A stretch of DNA of 64,000 nt from Dehalococcoidia bacterium (GTDB lineage: Bacteria; Chloroflexota; Dehalococcoidia; Lucifugimonadales; UBA2962). The notes under the pieces were generated by a model. That model ran no database searches. It was not told where the DNA came from and was given only the letters and a program-made list of their open reading frames with translations. The position numbers were made by a program, and so were the translations under genes. This document shows positions 27,768-36,581 of the stretch, piece after piece. The DNA is taken from positions 1,617,427-1,681,426 of the forward strand of contig OZ220697.1 in NCBI GenBank assembly GCA_965116605.1. Direction: 5' to 3'. Position 1 is the stretch's first letter, and the number at the start of each line of letters is the position of its first letter.

Positions 27768-28190
27768 TCACTGGAGGTAGGTGTCCAGCGCTTTCTTGAA
27801 GCCTTCGAGCTCACTCACCTTCCAAGTGCGAAGCAGTTCCCTTGCGCAGGCCTGGCGGCTGAAGGTCCTGTGCGCAGAAACCCTGACGGTTCCGCTCTTG
27901 TACCTTCGGACGTTCATCAGGCGCGTCAGGCCGCAGTAGACGTGCACCTGCGTGCCAATGACGAGGTGCACGTCGAGATTCAGGCCCGCGACCTTCCTGT
28001 CCTTGAGGCCGGTCAGTGGAGCCAGAAACCCTCCCTCCGCAAGGAGTGCCATGAGATCCGGCGAGGCGGCCCGTTCGTACGAGGAGTTGTCCTTGCCCAA
28101 GTGACCTGCCCCCAAGCCTTCATTGCATAGCCGCCCCGCTATCGGCCCCATCGGCTGCCCGGGGATGGAGCCGGATGTCCTGTCGGTCAC
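27768..28190 (-). CDS. Hypothetical protein (140 aa) translationally coupled to NucS-like paralog 2
   Basis: Its GTG start overlaps the upstream stop (GTGA). No motif was recognised. Confidence 0.45.
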   Translation of the reverse strand: MTDRTSGSIPGQPMGPIAGRLCNEGLGAGHLGKDNSSYERAASPDLMALLAEGGFLAPLTGLKDRKVAGLNLDVHLVIGTQVHVYCGLTRLMNVRRYKSGTVRVSAHRTFSRQACARELLRTWKVSELEGFKKALDTYLQ

Positions 28191-29248
28191 TCGCCTCCTG
28201 ACGTCAACCGTCGGCGGGCCATCCAGCTCCTCAGCCCCTTCATGAATTGATCGACCTGATCGCTGTCTCGAAAGACTCCGGCCAGTCCTGCGGCGCTCTG
28301 CCTCTCCTCGTCCGAACTGCCAGCCCAGTTGCTCACAGATCTCTCAACCGCATCGTCGGGCAACCACTCTGACAGCTCCTGCATATCAACTCCCATCAGT
28401 TTGCCAATGCGGGTTGCATGCACGACGAAAGGTAGACCTCCGTTGTCGTCGGCGTAGGCGCGAACTAGCAGCACGGTGCGCATGCTTCCGGCGTCGTCCC
28501 TGATGGTGTATCCGACCGACTCGCGCGCGACCGCGCTCGCCGAAAGGATGCCACGAACGCCTTCCCTAACTTGACCGTACAGTTCGCCAACACCGTTTTC
28601 TATCGCCAGGGTCTGGAGACCGGACAGCGACCGGGATTGCCGCCTCCTTGAGGTGGACCGCGATCTGGCCTCCACCTCTTCCGGCTCTACCAAGTACACT
28701 CTCGCCAGCATTTCACGGCCGCCGCTGTCCTCGAAGTGATGTATCGTGACCACATTGATCGGTACGTCTAGCTCTGACAGATATGTGACGATCCTCTCGG
28801 TCCTCGCGTCCACCGATGTGGCGACTATCAGCGATCTATGGCCAAGATTCAGTTCCTCGGGGAGACGCCTGTCGAACCTCCGCTCGAAGGCATCGCGCAA
28901 GGAGTCCGCGCTCCCAAGATAACTTTCGGCTATATCCCTCAGTTCCTTCTCGGTCAGGTTCTGCGCGCACGACGCATAGTCGAGCGTCTGGGCGGTCACA
29001 TCCCTGGGGGTCTGACCTCTCTTGAGCTCGATGACGACCGTATCGCCTGCGCTGTCCAGGCACAAAAGGTCTATCTTCCCGCCCAGACCAGTTGATACCT
29101 GCCTTCCTATGACCAGCAGATCCTGTTCCAGCACCGAGATATCCTTTTCCAACCAGCCCTCCAGCCGTTCCTCGAAATCGATGGACGTAGAACTCATCTT
29201 GACCAGCTCCCCTTCCCGACTGACCTCCCAAATGCGTACCTCCTTCAT
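28187..29248 (-). CDS. NucS/DUF91-like PD-(D/E)xK nuclease domain protein (paralog 2)
   Basis: KIDLLCLDSAGDTVVIELKRGQTPRDVTAQTLDYASC is the NucS-type motif. I prefer ATG 29248 (MKEVRIWEV, preceded by AAGGGGG) over the track's 29317 start. Confidence 0.65.
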   Translation of the reverse strand: MKEVRIWEVSREGELVKMSSTSIDFEERLEGWLEKDISVLEQDLLVIGRQVSTGLGGKIDLLCLDSAGDTVVIELKRGQTPRDVTAQTLDYASCAQNLTEKELRDIAESYLGSADSLRDAFERRFDRRLPEELNLGHRSLIVATSVDARTERIVTYLSELDVPINVVTIHHFEDSGGREMLARVYLVEPEEVEARSRSTSRRRQSRSLSGLQTLAIENGVGELYGQVREGVRGILSASAVARESVGYTIRDDAGSMRTVLLVRAYADDNGGLPFVVHATRIGKLMGVDMQELSEWLPDDAVERSVSNWAGSSDEERQSAAGLAGVFRDSDQVDQFMKGLRSWMARRRLTSGGE

Positions 29249-29453
29249 GAATTCGCCCCCTTTAGCTCCCGATGTACCGGGATGACTTTGCAGCTTGAAC
29301 TGTGGACTCCAGACCACCCGGCGGTGGACTCAAACTACGTCGACTCCAGGTGACATGACCTGCCCGAATTGCTTGCACCAGCCACTCCCTTGGGGCCACC
29401 AGCGCCGAACCTGCCCGATGTTCAGTTCCCTCGGACCCCAACATCAATATCGC

Positions 29454-32400
29454 TCATTTGATGCGAATCTCCGCCGGGTCATCCTCATCGGTCACGTTGA
29501 TGGTAACCACGATGCTGTCCTTGGCACCGAGCGGGTCGGTGGCGGTCACCACAACGGTGTAGATGCTCTTGGCCTCGTAGTCCACATCGGCCTTCGTCTC
29601 TAGCTGGCCACTCTTCCTCGATATCTTGAAGGATCGAGCGTCTTCGCCGCCAATGGTGTATATGAGCAGGTCGCCGTCTGCGTCATGGGCGAAGACCGGG
29701 TCTCCGATGTTCTGCCCTTTCTCCGTGTTCTCGGGCACCTGCCGGCTCGTCGCGTCAGACTGGTCCCCTTCGGTGGTGAAGTCCTGGTCGGGGAACACCG
29801 GCGCGGCATTCACGCTCGGCAATATCGGCGCAGGACCAGTTGTCTTGCGCCCCCTCACAGGGGCTTCCAACAGTCCCGTCACATGTTGTTCAGCCTCATC
29901 TACGTCGTCCGTGTAGACCACCGCAGCTCGCAGACACCTGCCCACGTCGGCCGACTGAGGCGCGTAGATCTCTGAAGATGCGCCGTCTATCGGAGTCCAG
30001 ACAGCATCTTCACCGATGTCCCGGCACCTGGCCGATGGGGAATCGACCTCCGCGGACCGCTCCCACACCCACCGGGTGATGGCAACGCCACCGTCCGGGT
30101 CACTGAGCGTGGCCATCACCTCGATCCCTACGTGCGGCTGCCTCTGGGACAGGAGCACCTCCCCACCATCGTGCGTATTCACCACCTCGATGGCCACATC
30201 CAGTCTTGTCGTAAGCCTCCGGGGTCCCTCACCTGAGCGGGCCTCGATGACTATCGAGTAAGAGATCTTCTCCTCGAAGTCGGGCTCGCGACCCGCCCTG
30301 AAGCTGAGGACTCCATCGCTGTCGAACTCAAACTGGCTGCGGTCGTCACCGGACACCCTGTAGGTATATGGGGGGGTATCCTCTCCGTCCTGGTCGGTTA
30401 CAGTGTAGGTCCCGGCATCCACGGGGGTCTCTCCATCCCCGAGCGTGATGACCGGCTCGTCTTCGGGGTTCTCCCTGACTCTCAACACCGTCGGGGCGTC
30501 CTCATCGAAGGCGGGGGCTTCGTTCACCTCGGTCACCTTGACGACCACGTTCACCGTTGCCGAGGCGGTCGAGGGATCACTCGCCCTGATCCTCAGGACG
30601 TACTCGCTGTTATCGCCCTGGCCGGCATCCTCCCCGGGGGGCAGCGCGGGCGCGCCGGACAGGACCGTCGAATCCTCGTCCACGCGCTCGCCGGCGTCAG
30701 CGCCCAGCTCCTCGCCGACTCTGAGCTGGCCAGTTGCGCTGTCGATGGTGAACCGCACGTGACCGTCCTCGTCCTCAAGGTCGGGGGTGTCCAGGAGTTC
30801 GTAGAAAAGCACGTCCTCGTCCGTGTCGGTCGCCGTCAGGGGCTCCCCTATGTCCCTGCCCACGGCTGTGTTCTCGGGGACGGACCGGGAGACGTCGATG
30901 TAGATGGTGTCTTCATCCTCGTCCAGATCGGCGAAGGATGGAGCGGCATTGAACAGCGTCCTGGCCTCCACGCGGTTGGCGCTGACCGCCGAGGCGCTCT
31001 TGCGCGGGCCGAACCTGTCGGCATAGGTGACCGTAGCACGCAGGTACATGTCCACATCGGCCGGAACCGGTCTGCGAGCCGGCGATGTAGCCCCCTCTAT
31101 GTCCGTCCAGATCTTTCCGTCCTCGGACCTTGCCCACTGCCACCTTTCATCTGTCACTCCCTCATCCTCTTCCAGAAGGCCGGCAGAGAGGGGCCGGTCG
31201 ACCTGCGGCTGCAGCCTGTCGATGCCCACCGATCCCGGCTCGTCAACGTCCGTCACCACAACGGCCACGTCGTGCGTGCCTCCGGCGCCTTCGACCGTAA
31301 CCCTGTACACGTTCCTCTCCGCCATCGGCACTCCCTCAACGGAGGACCTCGGCTCCTCGTAGTCGGGGGGCTCCCTGAAGGCCAGCACCCCGCGTCGGAT
31401 GGTGAACAGTTCGCCATCACGACCACCCAGGGACCACCTGATGGGATCGCCGTCCTGGTCGTGGGCGCTGAGCGAGGTAACCGGATCCTTATCGTTCTCC
31501 GGGAAGGTTAACGAGCTAATGCCGGTTATCTCGGCGGGTTCATCCACGTCGTTGACCCTGATGGACACCACTATGCTCTCGGATGCACCCGACGGATCGG
31601 TGGCGGTCACGATCACCTCGTGCCTCCTGCTGGCCTCGTAGTCCAGCGGAGCCTTCGTCTTCAACTGGCCGTTGTTCCTGGAGATCGCAAACGACGCGGC
31701 GTCCTCACCACCCAGGGTATACATCACTAGGTCGCCGTCGTCGTCGTGGGCGCTCACCGGCGTTCCGATATCGTGCCCGGGCCCCCTGTCCTCGTCCACC
31801 CTCCGGCTGGTCCTGGCCGCATTGCCAACGAAATGCGGGGCGTCATTTGCGGGTCTCCTGATCTGCACGGGAGCCTCCGTCACGCCCGTCACCTGCTCGT
31901 CACCCGCATCCGCCGGGTTGTCTACGTTGTCCGTGTAGGTCGCCGTCGCCCGAAGACACCTGCCCGCGTCGGCATGCCTCGGCGTGTACGACGCCGACCG
32001 TGCCCCATCTATGGGGATCCAGTCTCCAACCGGGCCGATGCCGGAGGTACCCGGGTCGTCACGGCATTCGGCAGACGGCGTACCGCCCTCATCGACGGTG
32101 ATCTCGGCGGACCGTTCCCACAACCAGCTAGTGATCCTCACCCCGCCGTCCGGGTCGTCGGCCGTGGCAAGTACCGTTGTGCCCACCTGCGGCTCCCTCT
32201 GGGACAGAACCACCTCCCCCGCGTCCTCTCCATCCAGCACCTCTACGGTCACATCAAGGGTGGCGGTCAGCCTGCGGGTTCCCTCGCCGGAGCGGGCTTC
32301 GATTACTATCGAGTACGAGGCCTGCTCCTCGTAGTCGATCTCGTGGCCCTGCCTGAAGCTCAGCACGTCGTCAGCATTGAAGGCTAGGACATCGCTGTCG

Positions 32401-33686
32401 GCACCGGACACCGAGTACGTGTATGAGGTGTCGTCGTAGGGGTGAGGACCGGTGAAGGTGCCGTCCTCGTCGGTCACGGCATAGGTTGCGGCATCCACCG
32501 GGGTCTCACCGTCCTCACGTGTGATGACCGGTGGATCCGCTCCCTCCCTGACCCTGAGGACCGTCGGAGGGTCCTCATCGACAAAGTCAGGGGCCTCGTT
32601 CACATCGGCGAACGTAACTATCACGTTCACCGCTGCCGAGGCGGTCGAGGGATCGCTCACCTTCACCCTCAGGACATACTCGCCGTTTCCGGCGTCGCCT
32701 GCATCTTCATCCTGGGGCAGAGCGGGATCACCGGTCAGGGCCGTCGAGTCCTCGTCCTCCCGCTCGCCCGTGTCGGCCCCCAGTACCTTGCCGACCCTTA
32801 TCTGGCCGGAGAGGCTGTCCATGGTGAACCGCACCTGGCCGTCGTCATCGGCAAGGTCAGGCGTGTCCAGAAGTTCGTAGAACAGCAAGTCCCCGTCGGC
32901 GTCAGTAGCCGACACCGTCCCGCCTATGGCCGTTCCCACGGGCGTGTTCTCGGGGACGGACAGAAACACCGTCGCAACATCATCTCCATTGCGGTCGACG
33001 AAGCGAGGGGCGGCGTTGGCCAGGGTCCTGGCCTCGACACGGTACGCAGTCACAGCCGAAGCAATCTTTCCCGGGCCGAACCCATCGGAATAGGAGACGG
33101 TCGCCCGCAGGTACATGTCCACATCGGCCGGCTGCGGGCTCCGCCTCGGTGCCGTCGCCCCCACAATGTCCGTCCAGTTCTTCCCGTCCGCAGACCTCGC
33201 CCACTGCCACCTCTGGCCCGTCACCCCCTCATCCTCTTCCAAGAGGCTGGCCTCGAGTGGCCGATCGACCTGTGGCTGGGGCCTGTCGATGCTCGCCGTC
33301 CCGGCCTCGTCCACATCCGTGACCGTTACGGAAACATCGTGCGTGGTGAGCCCGACTGCGATGGTGACCCTGTACAGGTTGCTCCCCGCCTGCGATTGCG
33401 GGTCCTCGTAGTCGGGGGGAGCCTTGAATGCCAGCGCGCCGCCATCGATGCTGAACAGGTCGGCATCAGGGCCGTTGAGGGACCACTCGATGGGATCTCC
33501 GTCCTGGTCATGCGCCCTGAAGGTGCCGACCGGGGTCGTGCCGTTCTCGGCGTAGTCCAGCAGGGAGTCGGCCGTCTGAGCGTATGCCCGATGTCCCGGG
33601 GGACCGCCCGTCACTAGGTCCACGATCACCATGCCTGCGAGCACGATGACCAGTGCGATGGCTGGGGGTTTCACGTACAGGGGCAT
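29454..33686 (-). CDS. Giant cadherin-repeat surface protein (1410 aa) with an internal two-fold duplication
   Basis: An N-terminal TM/signal segment (PAIALVIVLAGMVIVDLV) is present. Cadherin linker motifs recur (VTDVDEAG, DVNEAPDF, VNDVDEPAEI, NVTDEDDPAEI). The two halves are collinear. Confidence 0.8.
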   Translation of the reverse strand: MPLYVKPPAIALVIVLAGMVIVDLVTGGPPGHRAYAQTADSLLDYAENGTTPVGTFRAHDQDGDPIEWSLNGPDADLFSIDGGALAFKAPPDYEDPQSQAGSNLYRVTIAVGLTTHDVSVTVTDVDEAGTASIDRPQPQVDRPLEASLLEEDEGVTGQRWQWARSADGKNWTDIVGATAPRRSPQPADVDMYLRATVSYSDGFGPGKIASAVTAYRVEARTLANAAPRFVDRNGDDVATVFLSVPENTPVGTAIGGTVSATDADGDLLFYELLDTPDLADDDGQVRFTMDSLSGQIRVGKVLGADTGEREDEDSTALTGDPALPQDEDAGDAGNGEYVLRVKVSDPSTASAAVNVIVTFADVNEAPDFVDEDPPTVLRVREGADPPVITREDGETPVDAATYAVTDEDGTFTGPHPYDDTSYTYSVSGADSDVLAFNADDVLSFRQGHEIDYEEQASYSIVIEARSGEGTRRLTATLDVTVEVLDGEDAGEVVLSQREPQVGTTVLATADDPDGGVRITSWLWERSAEITVDEGGTPSAECRDDPGTSGIGPVGDWIPIDGARSASYTPRHADAGRCLRATATYTDNVDNPADAGDEQVTGVTEAPVQIRRPANDAPHFVGNAARTSRRVDEDRGPGHDIGTPVSAHDDDGDLVMYTLGGEDAASFAISRNNGQLKTKAPLDYEASRRHEVIVTATDPSGASESIVVSIRVNDVDEPAEITGISSLTFPENDKDPVTSLSAHDQDGDPIRWSLGGRDGELFTIRRGVLAFREPPDYEEPRSSVEGVPMAERNVYRVTVEGAGGTHDVAVVVTDVDEPGSVGIDRLQPQVDRPLSAGLLEEDEGVTDERWQWARSEDGKIWTDIEGATSPARRPVPADVDMYLRATVTYADRFGPRKSASAVSANRVEARTLFNAAPSFADLDEDEDTIYIDVSRSVPENTAVGRDIGEPLTATDTDEDVLFYELLDTPDLEDEDGHVRFTIDSATGQLRVGEELGADAGERVDEDSTVLSGAPALPPGEDAGQGDNSEYVLRIRASDPSTASATVNVVVKVTEVNEAPAFDEDAPTVLRVRENPEDEPVITLGDGETPVDAGTYTVTDQDGEDTPPYTYRVSGDDRSQFEFDSDGVLSFRAGREPDFEEKISYSIVIEARSGEGPRRLTTRLDVAIEVVNTHDGGEVLLSQRQPHVGIEVMATLSDPDGGVAITRWVWERSAEVDSPSARCRDIGEDAVWTPIDGASSEIYAPQSADVGRCLRAAVVYTDDVDEAEQHVTGLLEAPVRGRKTTGPAPILPSVNAAPVFPDQDFTTEGDQSDATSRQVPENTEKGQNIGDPVFAHDADGDLLIYTIGGEDARSFKISRKSGQLETKADVDYEAKSIYTVVVTATDPLGAKDSIVVTINVTDEDDPAEIRIK

Positions 33687-33929
33687 CCTCGGGCTCGGTT
33701 GACGGGCGGGGCGGCGGCGCCATTACCGGGTCCTTCGGGGCCGGCAAGCCTGCGGCCCCTCATCGGAGCAGGCGGGCCATCGCCTTTTCGCAAAGGGCTA
33801 AGGCAACGTGAAGTCCTCCCCTAGCATACCCATGCATGCGTCCTCTCTTGGATTTCAAAGTGGCTGCCGGTCCGTGTGTGCGGGCCCCTCTTGCTGTGCG
33901 GAAGCAGGGAAGAACGACTCCCCCAACGC

Positions 33930-35075
33930 TCAGCTTCCCGATTCGTCGTGATGCCAGCCGGAGCCGAACACCAGCCCGTCATGCTCGACCAGCCAGAAGT
34001 GCTTGTCCTCAACCTCCCCCGTGACGGGGTTAACGTCCTCACGACCCACCCACACCCCCTCCTCGGTTGCCCTGAAGGACCCGTCGTCGAGCATTGCCTG
34101 CAGGTTCTCTGCGAATCCGTCGGCGTTGTAGTGGCCCAGGACTTCGCCTCCGGGCGTTGCGATGAACACGTACCACTGCGAATCGACGCTGTCGGGGCTG
34201 CTGTAGTAGGCCAGGGTGGCGTCCAATCCGTCGGCGTGATATCTGGCGATGGCCTCGTCCACGACGAATTTGGTGTATTCGTCGGCTGAGATGTGCCAGC
34301 CGGAGGCGAACAGCAGCCCATCATGCCGAACCACCCAGACGTGCTTGTACTCCAGCGCTCCGGCGTGGTCGTCTCCTATACCTCCGCTCTCCGGATTCTG
34401 GTAGACGTAGGAGACCCACTTGCCCTCCTCCGTAGCAGAGAGCATGTCCGGCCCAAAGTTGTACCCGGTGGCATCAATGCTCACCCAACCCTTCAGGTCC
34501 AGGCCGAGGCGGTGGGCGTCGGGATGCGCTATGACAAGATCGTTCTCGTCGATGATGAACACGTACCACTGACCGTCGACGCTCTGCTCACGGTTGTAGT
34601 GGGCGAGGGTAGCTTCCAGGCCCTGGGTCTCGTAGCGGGCGATGGCGCTCTCGACGAAGAACTTGGTGTACTCGGCGGGGGCCGACCTGGGCGGGATGGA
34701 CGCCACGACACCGCGGGCTATCTGTTCAGCCTCGGCAGGGGTAAGGCCTGGCTGTGGCTCCGCGATGGCCGCTATAGCGGCACTGACGATCTCTTCTACC
34801 TCTCTCTTGGATAGTCCAGCGTCCGGCTCAGGCATCTCTGTCATCGCCCTGCGGACGGCCTCCTCCACGTCTGCCGCCGTCAGTCCGGGTTCAGGCTGAG
34901 GCGGCGTGGGGACCTCTGCCATCCCCGCTCGGACTATCTCCTCAACCTCGGCTCGGGACAGCCCCGAGTCTCCATCTCTACAGGCAACCAGAGACAAGAC
35001 GACAAGAACTGTGATTGCTAGAAGAGCCATTGAGACCGCGCTCCGGTCATTCAACCTGCTTGCCAAATGCCGCAT
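33930..35075 (-). CDS. Lipoprotein with two Cache-like (sCache-type) extracellular domains
   Basis: The lipobox is LSLVAC. Two copies of ..YTKF.V..AIARY...GL.ATLA.Y......DGQWYVFI.D....V..HP...(K)H.W.V.HDGL.F.SGWH are present. Confidence 0.6.
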   Translation of the reverse strand: MRHLASRLNDRSAVSMALLAITVLVVLSLVACRDGDSGLSRAEVEEIVRAGMAEVPTPPQPEPGLTAADVEEAVRRAMTEMPEPDAGLSKREVEEIVSAAIAAIAEPQPGLTPAEAEQIARGVVASIPPRSAPAEYTKFFVESAIARYETQGLEATLAHYNREQSVDGQWYVFIIDENDLVIAHPDAHRLGLDLKGWVSIDATGYNFGPDMLSATEEGKWVSYVYQNPESGGIGDDHAGALEYKHVWVVRHDGLLFASGWHISADEYTKFVVDEAIARYHADGLDATLAYYSSPDSVDSQWYVFIATPGGEVLGHYNADGFAENLQAMLDDGSFRATEEGVWVGREDVNPVTGEVEDKHFWLVEHDGLVFGSGWHHDESGS

Positions 35076-35087
35076 TCGGGACTCCTG

Positions 35088-36527
35088 CTAGAGTCCGCCC
35101 AATACCACCGCCGAGGTTCCTGCGCTGGTCAACGTCTCCTCGTTGCCCCCATCGTCGGTGAAGGTGACCCGAACCTTGATGACCTTGCCGTTGTCCGATG
35201 CCTGGACCGTGTAGGTGGAACTCGTCGCCCCGTCGATCTCCGTGTCGTCTGCCAGCCACTGGTAGGTGTAGCTAACGTTCTCCAAGCCATCGGGGTCGGA
35301 GATATCGGACGTGTCGGCCGTGAGGGTCTGTCCCACCTGGGCGGTACCGCTGATGACGGGGGCGGGGGCCACCGTAATTCGGGACAAGGAGGACTGGCAG
35401 TTGTCCGTCGTGTTCGACTCATTCGTTACCGTGTCCACGCACACGCCGTAGTAGTACCTGCCCGCCGTGGACGGAGCGGTCAGATCGATCGACTGTGCGC
35501 TGATGCTCCCCCCCGCTATGGCCCCGACCGAGTCGGTGCCTTCCTCCGTGTCCGAAGACGTGATCGTAGAATCAGTGGAGCGGTAGTACCGCAGGGTTGT
35601 GGCCGGGGATTCCCCGGAACCCCTGTTGAGCACGCGCGTCGACAGGGTGAAGGTTTCCCCCGCTACAGGGTTGTAGTTACTTGCCCTGGGGCGATGTACC
35701 GTCAGGTTTATGCTACCGGGCTCCGATACTACAATTGATACATAGCCCGAACAGTTGTTGGTTGTGTCTGACTCCCCTGACACCGAATCCACGCACGAGC
35801 CGTAGTAGTAGGTGCCGGACGACGACGGGGCGGTCAGATCGATCCAGTGAGTGGCGTGGTCCCCCGATGCCAGCGCGTCGACCGAGTCGGTGCCCACCTC
35901 CGTGTCTGATGTAGAGATCGTGGTATCCGTGGACCGATAGTAGCGCAGGGTCGTGGCCGGGGCTCCTCCGTAACCGTCGTTCTCCGGGCGTGCCGTCAGT
36001 GTGAAAGTCCCCCCCGGAAGGAGGGGAACGTTGTGATACATGCCGCCCTTGTTACGCAGGTCCGGCCGGGCCTTGACTGTCACCGTCACCGCCGCCGAGC
36101 AGTTGTCCGTCGTGTCCGATTCCCCGGTCACAGAATCCACGCACGCGCCGTAGTAGTAGGTACCCGTCGTAGAGGGCGCGGTTAGATCAATGGACTGATC
36201 GCTGGTGCCCGCCGCCGCAAGCGCCCCGACCGCATCGGTGCCCAGCTCCGTGTCTGACGTTGCGATCGTTGCGTCCGTCGATCGGTAGTAGCGGAGCGTC
36301 GTCGCGGTAGACTCGCCATCGCCAGAGTTGGTCACCGTGGCTGACAGGGTGAACGACGCACCTGTATAGGGGCTCGTGTCGTCCACTGAAGGCGTCCCCA
36401 CTGCCAAATCTGGTGCAGAGTTGGCGTGGACGGGAGTATTCGAGGTCATCACTACCGCTGCCAGCGCCAGCGCTGCCCCAAGCGTGATGGCCGTCCCCAA
36501 GAGCCCGAGCCGCCTGGCAGCGGTCAT
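35088..36527 (-). CDS. Secreted CARDB-like repeat protein with a C-terminal ~90-aa module shared with the next gene
   Basis: A signal-like N-terminus is followed by three repeats of ..F.LSA.V.N.G.G.S.ATTLRYYRSTD.TI..SDTE.GTD.V.AL......IDLTAPS..GTYYYG.CVDSV.GESDT.NNCS. The C-terminus reads VGQTLTADTSDISDPDGL..YTYQWLADDTEIDGATSSTYTVQASDNGKVIKVRVTFTDDGGNEE. Confidence 0.7.
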   Translation of the reverse strand: MTAARRLGLLGTAITLGAALALAAVVMTSNTPVHANSAPDLAVGTPSVDDTSPYTGASFTLSATVTNSGDGESTATTLRYYRSTDATIATSDTELGTDAVGALAAAGTSDQSIDLTAPSTTGTYYYGACVDSVTGESDTTDNCSAAVTVTVKARPDLRNKGGMYHNVPLLPGGTFTLTARPENDGYGGAPATTLRYYRSTDTTISTSDTEVGTDSVDALASGDHATHWIDLTAPSSSGTYYYGSCVDSVSGESDTTNNCSGYVSIVVSEPGSINLTVHRPRASNYNPVAGETFTLSTRVLNRGSGESPATTLRYYRSTDSTITSSDTEEGTDSVGAIAGGSISAQSIDLTAPSTAGRYYYGVCVDTVTNESNTTDNCQSSLSRITVAPAPVISGTAQVGQTLTADTSDISDPDGLENVSYTYQWLADDTEIDGATSSTYTVQASDNGKVIKVRVTFTDDGGNEETLTSAGTSAVVLGGL

Positions 36528-36581
36528 CTCATGGCCCTCTCTTCACTTAGAGTTCGGTGGGCAACAACCACAATGGGGCAC

